64,000 nt of DNA from assembly GCA_050613775.1 (NCBI GenBank), contig JBODTK010000122.1:186001-250000 (forward strand), given 5' to 3'. The translations under genes were made by a program, and so were the position numbers. The notes under the pieces were generated by a model. That model was not told the origin of the DNA and made no database searches. It was given only the letters and a program-made list of their open reading frames with translations. Origin of the DNA: Neocallimastix sp. 'constans'. Taxonomy: Eukaryota. Positions 13,106 to 25,940 of this stretch are shown piece after piece. Positions within the stretch are counted from its first letter, which is position 1. Each line of letters opens with the position of its first letter.

Positions 13106-15288
13106 TATTTAAGTATATATAAATTATTTGTCATGTTTCATTTTTCTAAGTGGCTTGTTGATATTATAAATGAATAAAAAATAAATAATAAAAATAAAAA
13201 AATAAAAAAAATTAATAAAAATAAAATATCATAGATTAAAATAAAATATATATTAAAAATAAAGACTTACTTTGTGTTTTAATTTTTTATTTTTTTATAT
13301 TTTATAAAAATAAAAAAATAAGAAAAATAAAAATTACACAATTAATACACAAAATAAGTCTTTATTTTAATATATATTCAATTTTAATCTATGATATTTC
13401 ATTTTTATTTAACAATTATAATAATATTTATTTAAAAATGGGTTTAAATAATTATTAATTTAAACTATAAACTTATATTTAATAGTAATATATTAATCAA
13501 ATTATAAAAATATTCATATAATTTTTTTTATTTAATAGTAATAATATACTAATTAACTTATAAACATATTCATATAATTTTTTTTTTTTGTTGACAAAAA
13601 TAATATTAAAATAATTGTAATATTAAGAAAACACTATTAAAATATTTATTTAATTATATTTAATTACATTCATTTATTTAATCAGATTTTTATTTATAAA
13701 GACACTTGCTTTATGAAAAATATTTTATTTATTATTTAAAATATTAAAATATATTATTTATTATTTAAAATATTTTCAAAATGCAATGTTTATGTAAAAC
13801 GCCACAATGAAAAAATAAAGTTTGGCGAAATGCATCACATTCTTATTATGCTATAATTAGAGTTTGATTATTGATATATAATCTAAAAACTTTATTTTTT
13901 TAGACAAGGAATTTAGAAAAAAAAAACAAGGAATTTAGAAAAAAAAAAAAAAAACAAATAAAAATATGAATTTTAATTTAATATTAAGAAGGAAAAAATA
14001 CATCATGAGTTATAAAAAAAAGACCTTTTGATGGCTTCATGTAAATTAAGATTATTATTTGTATCAAAATTTCTTCTTCGACCATATTATATTAATAATA
14101 TATAATTATATAATTTTATAATGTTGATAATAATTCAAAAATTGTTATTAATTATTTATATATATAATCATTTTAATGAATATTATATAATTCTTTACTA
14201 CAACAACAACAACAACAAAAAATTATTATATAATTTTATAATGTTGATAATAATTCTAAAATTGCCATTAATTATTTTTATATAAAATCATTTTATTTTT
14301 ATTTTAAGTGAATATTATATAATTCTTTACTGCAACAACACAACAACAAAAAAATTATTAATGGAAAGTTATAGTGATCTTTTTCATACCTATGAAAAAA
14401 AAAATTTGTTATCATTTTCATACCTATGAAAAAAAAAAATTTGTTATCAAAAAAGTTTCTCTTTAAGTAATTAATTGTAGTTACAACAATATTAGATTTT
14501 ATTAATTAGTTGATATTTATTAAATTTAGATCAATTATTAATAATAAAATTCATTATTTATTATAATACTACTCTCTTAATACTACATGGAATTATTGAA
14601 AATTTAAGTTTATATAGTTATAAATAAGTATTTATATATATATAATAACTTGATAAAACTTTGTTGTTAAGTATAAAAATTGTAAAATGATCTAATTTAA
14701 ATTATCTATAATTAAAATATAAGATTACGAATAAATAATACTTAATGAAAATTAAGATTTTTTTTATATTTTATTTTAATCTTTTTTCTAAAAAATAAAA
14801 AAAAAAAAATTTAAATTTCTATCTTAGGAAAAAAAAATAAAAATAAATGCAATCATGATTAAGAAAATTAAAATTTGTAAAATGATTTCATATATACAAA
14901 TTATCCTTAATTAAAAGATATAAGTACATATGAATAATGTTTTTAGTATAAAATTTGAATTTTTAAATAGTTAATTTATTTTATAAAATTATACAAAATT
15001 TGAATTTTTAAATGGTTAATTTATTTTACTTCTTAAAAATTTTTAAAATTTTTATTCTTTGGGAATAAAATAAATACTATCTTGCATTAATTAATCTTGT
15101 TTTAATTAATCTATAGTTTTACAAATGATAATTTCTATTAAGCCAGGAAAAATCTATTATTAAAAAAAGTACTAGATTAATATATTATAATAAATAATAT
15201 AAAATATTAATATCATATATAATTATTCTTAATATATTATATATTACGTTTATTTATTTATAAAAATTAAAAAAAAAAAAAAAGTAAT

Positions 15289-15434
15289 GGAATTAATTGT
15301 ATTTTAAATATCATATATAATTATTCTTAATATATTATATATTTAATTTCTTTTTTAATTTTTATAATTAAAAAAACTTAATATATAATATATTAAGAAT
15401 AATTATATATGATATTTAAAATACAATTAATTCC
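15289..15434. repeat. Perfect inverted repeat, ~55-bp arms
   Basis: ggaattaattgtattttaaatatcatatataattattcttaatatattatatatt (15289-15343) pairs with 15380-15434. Confidence 0.9.
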
Positions 15435-18400
15435 TTTACTTTCTTTTTTAATTTTTATAATTAAAAAAACTTAAGGAATTAATTGTATTTTAAATTTTTA
15501 TTATAAATTTTTATCAATAAAATATTAATGCTTACTAATTATTACTAATATTTTAATTATTATCTTTAAAAAATCATATTTAATATGTAATGAATTATAT
15601 CTATTTTTATTTTATTATCATATATAACCATAAATATAACTTAATTAATGGAAACTATTTTTAGAAATTTTTAGAAATAGTAATTTCGATATCTACAATT
15701 TTTTTTTATTTCATTATATATATAATTAATATTAATATAATTAATATTATTAAAAATGATTACTATCCTTATAATGATTATTTTATTATAATATTTAGGA
15801 GGTTAATCATGAAAGCTAGTTTTGGATCTTGAAATAATGAAGCCTTATCAATAATAGGATAAAGATTTTTATAATATAAGAGATTATAATAAGTTACTGA
15901 AAGATTATATTTCTATTAATTTACATTTTACTATTTATAATTTTAAGAAAAATTTAATGATTATTAGAATCATATAAAAATATTAATAATAATAAGTATA
16001 TATGTATGAAAAATAAACTTCATAATTAATACATAAATTATCCATGTTTAACATATTATATATATATATATATATATAATATGTTATATAAAATGGTATA
16101 TGAATTTAAAATATTTTATGATATGAAATTTTCCTAATTGGGAAAAATATAAATTTATTATAAATAATTTTATGTAAATCAATGTTTTATAGTTTTTTAT
16201 ATTCTAAAATATGATTATTGATATTATTTTTTATATAAATATTATAAATATAATTTATATATTATTGTATATTACTTTCTAAATATAGAATGCGATATTT
16301 TTTCTCTTGAAATATATTATTGGAGATAATGTTTTTATCTTTTTAGTTTTTAATTTATTAATCGAATATATACTGCTTAAGATTGAATTTTCTTTAATGT
16401 TAATAGTAAATGTTTAATAACAAATTTATTACAAGCTGATATATTAAAGAATAAAGATATTTTATTAAAAAATTAATAATGTTGAATTCTTTATAATAAT
16501 TATTATAAAATAAAAAAATTATGATGCTAATAATTTTAATTTAATAATAAAGGTATATATTTGTAGATTTTTTTAATATCTTCATTTAATTTATACAAAT
16601 TATTGATTTGAATCATTCAATATTTTATTATATTTATTTTCAAAGTAAGATTATCTTAAATTCAAAGTATTGACACTAATTCTATTCCGAAGAATTGTCA
16701 TGCTAATATAAGTTGATAAAATTTAAAAAAATATTAAATAATGAATATGAGGAGTGTTCGAAGAAAAAATGTTCATAAAGGTTTGCCTGTTAAATATATT
16801 AATCTAATCAGAAATTTATTGTAATATTATTATATTATTATTTCAATGTTCAAAATTTATGTCTTTTTTATTTATTTTGCAATAAAAAAAATAATAAACA
16901 ATATTATTTTATTAAAATATTTAATATATCCAAAAATATAGTTTTTTATTATTTATTTTAAATTATTATATATAAATATTTGATTTATAATATATTATTT
17001 TATTTATTTTTTATTTAAATTATTATAAATTAATATATTATTTATGATATACTATTTTATTTTAATAAAAAAAAATATTATAAATCATTTAATATTTTCA
17101 CCTGACTAACACATTACTATTATATATAACATAAATTTAATTAAAAAATATGCAAAAATATTTTAAATTTTTATATTTAATTTATTAAAATTTAATATTA
17201 TTGTAAATATAATACCAAGAGATATAATAATATATTATATTAAAATAAATACATATTAATATTGTAATTTATAAAAAAGAAAGTTTAAATAAATAAATAA
17301 ATAAAAATAAAACAAAAAATGAAATTTAGATGTCTTTTTTCATATAACTTTAGTATAAAAAATAAAATATTTTAAAGTGAATTGACTGCTATAGAAGCAT
17401 AACAACAAAAGAAAATATTTAATATTAAGTGAAGATAATAATTATATTAATATTAAATAATAATTATATTTTTATAAAATTAAACATTAAGTATTATTAA
17501 ATATTACTTATTTTAAGTTTTAATTTATTTCTAATTTTTATTTTTATTTTTTTTATTTTTTTTTTTTTTTTGTTATTAATTAAAATTTATTTTTCTTATT
17601 TAAGTATTAATTTATTTTTTATTAAATCTTATTTTTGTTTATGAATTAATTATATTTTTTTTTTGTTAAATTTAAGATAATATATTGAAAAATTTTTTAA
17701 TTGAATAAATATAGAATTAAAAGATTTTTTTTTTATTATATTTTATTTTTTATTATATAAAAATTTAATAAAGATTTAATAAATAATTATTTGGATTAAA
17801 ATAATACAAACTACAAACAGGATTTAGTAAAAAAAAAAAAAAAAAAATCATTTATATATATTAAAAAAAAAGAAAGGAAAAAAAAAAAAAAAAAAAAACT
17901 AAACATATTTCAATATTATTATAAGATTTAATTTTTTTTTTACTTTATTTTTAATTAAAATATATATATATATAGTTATAAATAAATATTAAATTAATAA
18001 AAAACAAAAAAAAAATTTTTTTTCTTCATTTTATTCTTAATAAATGAAGAATTATCAAAAAACTATAATAAACATATATATATCAAATAAATAGAAGCTA
18101 ATAACTAATTTTATATCAAATATTAAAAAGATTTAAAAAAAAAATTGAAAATATTAAATGGAATAAAATAATAACAAACAGTAAATGAATTTAAAAAATT
18201 AATATACTTATACTAATAAAATTTAAATAAATAACAAAAGGTAAATTTAATTTAGAGGCAATAAAAACTTTGCAATAAATTTTAATTTATATGAACAAAA
18301 TAACATTAAATAATTTATTTATTGTATTTAAAATCATTTGTAAAATAATTACTTAATGAGAGTATCATTTTTATTGATTATGCTATTTTCATTATTTTTT

Positions 18401-19563
18401 ATTTTATTATTATTATTAATTTTAATTATATTACTCTATGCTTTTTGCACATTTCTTTAATTTTAAAAATTTTATTTTGTTTTTTTTTAAACATTTTAGA
18501 TAAGCTGCATACCTCTTTTTTTTTTTTTTTTTAATATATATATATATATTATTGAATAAAGAGAAATCTTTATTATTAATTTATGAATATAAAAAATTTT
18601 TCACTGATATTCTATAAAAAATTTTATAATTTAATTTTTTAATCAAATATGTATAATTTTTGTGTTTAAATTTATTACCATTTAAAGTTTAATATAAAAA
18701 AATAATAAATTAAAAGTTATTTCACAAACTTATACCTTATTGGTTAAACTAAATCATTTAGCAGAAATATATATTTATATATTTATATGGATTAGTTCAA
18801 TAGTAAATGATTAAATAAGAAAAAAATGTGGCTCAATTTTAAATCTAAGTTTCGTAAAATAAAAATAATTTAGTTTAAATAATTTACAAAAAATTTATTT
18901 TAAATTTAAGCCACATTTTATTTTTTTTTTGGTCATTAATTATACTATTAAACTATATTTTTAACTATATTTATAGATTCAAATTTACTTAACATGTTTT
19001 TTTACTACTCTATTTATTTCTCATTAAGTATATATAATAAAGATGTTGTGGCTTTAAACCACATATGTATTAATTTTAAAAGTTCATTTTAGTCTTTTGT
19101 ATATAAATATATTATATCTTTTGTTACACAATGATTATAAGAAATTATTAACGTTATATAAAGTTACAAATATAAAATTATATTTTAACATTGTATAAAT
19201 TCTATTTTTATATTTAAAATTTTTAATTTTTTTATTATATAAATTTAAAATTTTAATTTTTTTTTATTGTACTTATATTTAAAATCATATTAAAAAAAAT
19301 TTTTTTTTAATATAAAATTTAGAAATGAAGTATATTTTAAAATTTGAATATATATAGAACACTTTATTCTTTTAATTCTTTTCATATTTTTTTTTAAATA
19401 TAAATGTACTATAAAAAAATTAAATAAATAAATAAAAAAAAAATATTAAAATTCTGACAAAAGTAAATGATCTTTCAAAACAATAATACTAAATAAAAAA
19501 AAAAAAATTAACAACAAAACAAAAAAAGAATAAAAATATTCATAAATAATATATAATATTAGA

Positions 19564-20343
19564 ATGAAAATAAAATTAATTGGTTTAACTTTATCATCTA
19601 TAATCGCTATTTCAAATGGTAGAATATTTTTTTTTATTTATTATTATATATATATATATATTTTCAATTATAATACTTGATTAAAATAAAAAATTATCAA
19701 AAAATAAATTTATATTTAATAAATTAAAATAAAAAAAGAAATATAATAAAAATATTATTATTAAAAAAAAAAAAAAAAGAGTTGTTTAAATATGAAAATT
19801 TATAATAAAAAATTAAGTAAAAAAAAAAAAAAATATTATTAAAAAAAATGAAAATTAAAAAAAATAAAAATAAAAAAGAAAACAATAGATGAAAAACTTA
19901 ATTAATAAAGAAACAAATAGACAAACAAATAATTAATAATTAATAATTAATAATTAATAAATAACAGCTTATTTAATATATTGTTTTTTAATATTAATAA
20001 TAATTATATAAATATATATTAAAATTTTCATTAAATGTATTATACATTATATTATATGATATTATTTAATATTTTTATTGAATGAACTAAATAAAAATAT
20101 TTGTTAATATTATATGTACATATTTATTTATATATAAAGCGAAACAATATTATTTTAATGCTGTATCAATAAATGATCCAAGTTACACTTTGGGTGTAAA
20201 AGTTAATGGTCAAGTAATTAATTTAACTTCAAAATATTTTCCATGTAGGCAATTTTAAAAATATTATTTTAAAAATAAATTAATATAATATTTTATTAGG
20301 GAAAAAATAAAAAATAAAAATTAATGAAATGGTAAATTTAACT

Positions 20344-20379
<36 letters not shown>

Positions 20380-22213
20380 CTTCTTATTTGATTATAATTA
20401 ATTATAATTAAAAAAGTATTTACTGGAGTAGTCAACACTGATAATGTTAATAAATATAAATATGTTCTTATAGAAGGTAATGGTAATGTTGTTGAAGAGG
20501 AAAAATTTGAAAGAATATACTCTGATGAAACTGCAAAATTGAATGAAGTTTATAATAGGTAAATAATATTAAATATATTTGCTTAGAAATTTTAATATTT
20601 TTAAATTATAGTTTTTTAATATTTAATTACAAAATTTAATATAATATATAATTATAAAAATAATTATAAAAATTTATATTTAATAATAAAATAATATATA
20701 TCAAATATAAAAATAAAATAGAATAAATAAGAAAATTGAAATACCAAAACTTCCAGAACCATTAGGTAATGATTTTCCAATGGGTTCTGAAAAATTTCAA
20801 CCATTCCCAAAAAATGAAATATATAATGTTTTTGCTAATTGCGATGAAGCTCAATATGATGATAGAAAAAATTTTCCTTTTTTTTCCAACAGAGAACGTA
20901 ATGATGAACCAGTTAATTGTACAATCACTATTGTATCATCCAAAAATGTTTTTCAGAGTCCCGGTTCTATTCATTTAAGTGGCTTTGGTAGTCGTCTATA
21001 CAAAAAATTATCATGGGTTATGAAATTCAATAATAAATTTATGGGAAGGAGTTCAGTAAAAATTAGAGGTGTTGCAAATGATGCCTCACTTATGCGTGAC
21101 AAATTATCTGCAGACTTATATAGAGCTATGGGTGTTCCAGTTCAAGAAGGTACATATGCTAGAGTTATCATTAATAATGATGTTTGGGGTTTATATACAT
21201 TTGTAGATAGTCATAATAAAAAATGGTATGCTAATTATATTCATGGTGATAATAAAAGTCATATTGGTACTTCATATAAGATAGTTTCTTCTCATCCAAA
21301 TGGTCCATTTGCTGATCTTAAATATAAGGGTGACAATGCTGACACCTATGCTAGTTCTGGTACTTATGACGTTGATGAAATTGATTCCCATGATTCAGAA
21401 GTCAATATTAATGAATCAGGAAGTGAATGGAATCGCTTAGTAAAGTTCGTTAAATTATTTGATGAATGGGAAAAGAAATATAAAAATGATACATCAGATG
21501 CTTCTTTTGATGCTCTTAATAATTTCCTTGATGTTGAACAGACACTAAGAATGATGTCTATTGATGCTTTAACTGTTGCTCTTGATAATTTTTGGTTTGT
21601 TCAAAGTAATACTCTTATTTATTATAATCCTGAAGTCAATAAATATCAATTTATTCCATACGATTTTGATGAATCACTTAAGGGTCATTGTCATTACTTT
21701 GATTTTGATGCTATCAAAGGTGATTGTTTAACTTGGGCTGATGTTGATACTAATGGTAGTGATCATTATTTTACTAAAGCTATACTTGCTCACCCACAAG
21801 TTAAAAATAGATATAGAGCAGTATTAGCTGGTGCTTCAAGATTCCTTTTCACAGTTGAGGCCGTTACTCCATATATTGATGCAGTTTCTGAATTAATTAA
21901 GGAAGATGTAGAATGGAATTTCAGTTTAGCAAAAAATTATAATTCAACATATGATGGTATTGTTAATTATTATACAATACAGCACTTTAATGACGCTGCT
22001 AATTTTGGTAAAGTTTCTTATGAAAAAAATGTTGTTGAAAATAGTATAGCTTATGGTCTTAAGCGTTTCATTCAAATTAGAGGAGATGGTTGTAGAGCTT
22101 ATACAAGGAATGTTCCTACTAAAGACATACAAACTAGTTCATCATTCAACAATAATACAAAAGCTACAATTTTATTCATTTTAATTCAAGCAATTATTTA
22201 TTTAATTTTTTAA
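19564..22213 (+). CDS. cotH: CotH-family secreted atypical protein kinase with putative GPI-anchor signal; exons 19564-19618, 20140-20244, 20417-20558, 20722-22213
   Basis: Signal peptide MKIKLIGLTLSSIIAISNA. Spliced N-terminal domain YFNAVS..LGVKVNG..FPLFTG..YKYV..EEEKFER..NEVYNR. Kinase core SGFGSRLYKKLSW, DASLMRDKL..MGVP, YARVIINNDVWGLY, DNFW..N, IPYDFD. Ends with SSS plus hydrophobic ATILFILIQAIIYLIF. Confidence 0.85.
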
Positions 22214-22680
22214 TTTATTTAATTTATTTAATTTATTTAATTCTTTAATTTATTTAATTATTAAATTATTTTTATATTATATATATAAATTTTATCAAAA
22301 ACTAAAAGATTCACTAAATTTATAAATATCATTAAAAATAATTCAATATATATATATACATAATATACCATAAAAAAAAAATTTTTTTTTTTTTTATTTA
22401 TTTAAATACTATACGATATTTAAAATATTAAATTAAATTTATTTAATATTCATTTCAATATATAAAATAATTCAATATATAATTTAACATTTAATATCTA
22501 TTATTTTAACGCATCATTTATTTTTTATATTTATTATCTTTTTTTCCTATAAGGAAAAAAACAAAAGAAATGATAAATAAACAAGCAGTTAAAGGAAATA
22601 TATAATGCAAAACAAAACAAAACAAAATAAAATAAAATAAAAAAAAAGAAAGAAAGAAAAAGAAAGAAAGAAAGAAAAAA

Positions 22681-22711
<31 letters not shown>

Positions 22712-23353
22712 AAAATTAAGAAAGTATTATTCATTTTTTATTTATTTATTTATTTATTTTAATTTATTTTGAAATTCTAATTTATTTCGATATTCTATTA
22801 TTTTTAAAAGAATCATAATAAATAATAATAATGATAATAATGATAATAATAACAATAATAAAAAAATATTTAATAAAAAATATGCTTAAATTTTAAAAAA
22901 TAATAAATAATAATATAAATAAAATAAAAAAAAAAAAAAAAAAAAAACTTATTTATAATATTTATTGTTAAATGTGTTGTAATAGGTTGTCCACATTATT
23001 TTTATTTTTATTCTTAAAATTAATAAACAAATATAAATTAATTGATTGATAAAAATAAATAATAAGTAAAAAATTTAAATAATGAATTATTTAAAATATT
23101 AAAAATAATAAATTTAAATTATTCATATATTAGAAAATTTTAAAGTAAATATTCTCAATTATTATATAATTAGTATTTATTTTAATACTTATACTATAAT
23201 TTAAATATATATATTATAAAATATATAATTATATTATATTTATTAAATTTATTATATTTCCTTTCAAAATACAAATATTATTTCAATAAATTCAATTTTA
23301 TTAATGAAATTTTTAATAATATTTTTATAAAAATAAAAATAAATTTAACATAT

Positions 23354-23407
<54 letters not shown>

Positions 23408-23501
23408 ATAATAACAAGTAATTATTATTTATATATATATATATATTTTTTTTTTATTTTTCTTATTATTTTTATATAAATATATATATATATATTATTA
23501 A

Positions 23502-25940
23502 TTAATTAATTAATAATCTCTCTATATAACGATAGGTTTGATTAAAACGATTACAATCCATATTAATGGTTGCTGCGTTTTGACCTTTATAATTAATTAT
23601 TGATTTATCCGCACCACATCTTAGTAAATATTTTACCATATCTAAATGTCCACATGAAATTGCATAATGCAATAATGTATTACCATCATTGCCTATTCTA
23701 TTTATATCAAAATTGTCATCAACTAATTTTTTAAAAAGGTTTAATTTGTTATCCATAATAATTTGACTAAATGACTCAAAACAAATATTATTACTATTAT
23801 AAATATCTATACTATTATCAAAGATAAAGCTTGTAATCTCATAATTTTTTGATTTAATGGAATAGTCTAATGGCGATAATCCTTCATTATTCTTTATATT
23901 TATAAATGCACCAGCTTTAATTAATTGCTTTGATATAGAGGAATAATTATTTCGAAGGGCATATATTAATGGGGAATTTCCATATTTATCTATTACATTG
24001 ACTTTAGAACCCTTTTTAATTAAAGCATTAATAATTTCTTCTTTTTCTTCCATTTCATAATCAATAGTTTTAATTATAGATATAAGAGGTGTTTCACCTT
24101 GTGAATTTACTTCATTTAACAATATATTATCATTTTCTAATAATACTTTTACCATTTCGATATTTCCTTGAGATATAGCATGATCTAAAACTGAATTATT
24201 AAATACATTTTTTAAATTTATATCAGCTCCTATACTAATTAGATTTTTTACCATTTCAATATCTTGATTATCTATAACATAATAAATAATTGTATTTCCA
24301 CATGTATCTTTTTGATTAATGTTAATAAATTTTATTAAATATTTAAATATTTTTAAATGGCCTTGCTTATAGGAGAGCGTTAAAGGGGTATTACCATTAA
24401 TATTAATAATATTCATATCAATATTATTTTTAATGCCATAATTAACAAGCAGAAAAACAATATCAAAATTATTTTGATTGATGGCTTTGATAAGTGGGTA
24501 ATTTCCATTGGAGTCTTTTCCATTAATATCAATTTTAATTTTATTTCTGATACAATAATCAATTAATAGTTTTACAAGGTCAATATTATTTTGACCAATA
24601 GCTTTTATAAGTGGTGAATTTCCATTAATATCATTTTCATAAATATTTATATTAGGATTTTGTAATAAGTATTTGACCATATTATAATTGCTTTTATCAA
24701 TCGCTAACATTAATAAGGATAAACCATTGTTATTTTTAGTATTACAATCGCCTCCATGCTCTAATAAATATTTTAAAATTTCAATATTGTTGTTATTAAA
24801 TGCTGTTATAATTGGATACTCTCCGTTAATATCCATTTTATTTATATCTATATTAAAATTATTATTTTCAACTATGTATTTTATATATTTATCATTATTC
24901 ATTTTTATGAAAATATTTAAAAGTAAATTAAGATATTGAATATCATAATTTTGATTTGAAGTTTTATTAAATTTACTACGAGGTTTATTTGGAGATGTAC
25001 ATATAAATGATTGTATAAGTAATTTTACAATTTTCTCGTCACAATTTCTAACGGCATCTATTAGTATATTTCTATAGTTTATACATTTATAATTAAATGG
25101 ATCATATTTTAAAATTTTTTTAATAAAACTGAAACTATTGGCTTTAATTGATTTTTCCATTAAATCATATGTATATATTCTATTTAAAATTTCATCTTCA
25201 TTATTATTTTCATTTTCATATAATATTCGTAAAATATCATAATTAGTACTTTCAATAGCTTTTTCATACATAACATCTTCAATACTTATTTTATTTTTTT
25301 CCCTGATGAAAATAGACTTGAAATAATCATTTAATATTAATAAATTCTCATTTGAAGGTTTTTTTTGATCTGTCCGTATATTATACTTTTTATACAAATC
25401 AAGTAAATCTAAAATAAATAAATTATTATATTTATAATGTTTAAAGATAATTTCAAGTATAGTATTTTGAGAATCGCTAATTAAATTATATATAAAATTA
25501 GGATTAATTGCTTTTATACTTAGACCATTATGTAATATATATTTTAAATTTTTATTATTAAGAAAATTTTGTTGATATAATTGATAGAGGATATTGCAAT
25601 CAAGGTAATTAATATCGGCATTATTCTTTATTAATATATCAGCTGTATTAAAATTACTTTTTTTTAAAGCCTCAAAAAGTGGAACTTTAAATTGATTATT
25701 TTCTATAATGTCGAAATTTAAAGTTTCATACTTTCCATGGATAATAATATATTCTATAATACTTTCAGAGATATCGTTTTCAATAGCATATACAATAATA
25801 TCAAAATTTTTTGTTTTAAATTCTTTTAATTCAATATTATTTTCTTTAATAAAATTATCAAATTCCGATAGATTATTCTTTTCTAAAATTTCAAGAGTTT
25901 TATTTATTTTTTCATCAGTAAGAATGGTATTGTTATTCAT
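23502..25940 (-). CDS. Intronless 812-aa ankyrin-repeat protein
   Basis: Many G(N/E)(T/S/Y)PL..A....N...VK.LL...AD.N repeats over the C-terminal ~450 aa. N-terminus carries FDIIVYAIEND..IIEYII. Confidence 0.88.
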   Translation of the reverse strand: MNNNTILTDEKINKTLEILEKNNLSEFDNFIKENNIELKEFKTKNFDIIVYAIENDISESIIEYIIIHGKYETLNFDIIENNQFKVPLFEALKKSNFNTADILIKNNADINYLDCNILYQLYQQNFLNNKNLKYILHNGLSIKAINPNFIYNLISDSQNTILEIIFKHYKYNNLFILDLLDLYKKYNIRTDQKKPSNENLLILNDYFKSIFIREKNKISIEDVMYEKAIESTNYDILRILYENENNNEDEILNRIYTYDLMEKSIKANSFSFIKKILKYDPFNYKCINYRNILIDAVRNCDEKIVKLLIQSFICTSPNKPRSKFNKTSNQNYDIQYLNLLLNIFIKMNNDKYIKYIVENNNFNIDINKMDINGEYPIITAFNNNNIEILKYLLEHGGDCNTKNNNGLSLLMLAIDKSNYNMVKYLLQNPNINIYENDINGNSPLIKAIGQNNIDLVKLLIDYCIRNKIKIDINGKDSNGNYPLIKAINQNNFDIVFLLVNYGIKNNIDMNIININGNTPLTLSYKQGHLKIFKYLIKFININQKDTCGNTIIYYVIDNQDIEMVKNLISIGADINLKNVFNNSVLDHAISQGNIEMVKVLLENDNILLNEVNSQGETPLISIIKTIDYEMEEKEEIINALIKKGSKVNVIDKYGNSPLIYALRNNYSSISKQLIKAGAFINIKNNEGLSPLDYSIKSKNYEITSFIFDNSIDIYNSNNICFESFSQIIMDNKLNLFKKLVDDNFDINRIGNDGNTLLHYAISCGHLDMVKYLLRCGADKSIINYKGQNAATINMDCNRFNQTYRYIERLLIN

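Noticed and set aside
15800..15830. Shine-Dalgarno-like AGGAGG before ATG, suggesting a bacterial insert
   Set aside because: The frame closes after seven codons, so this is a chance match.
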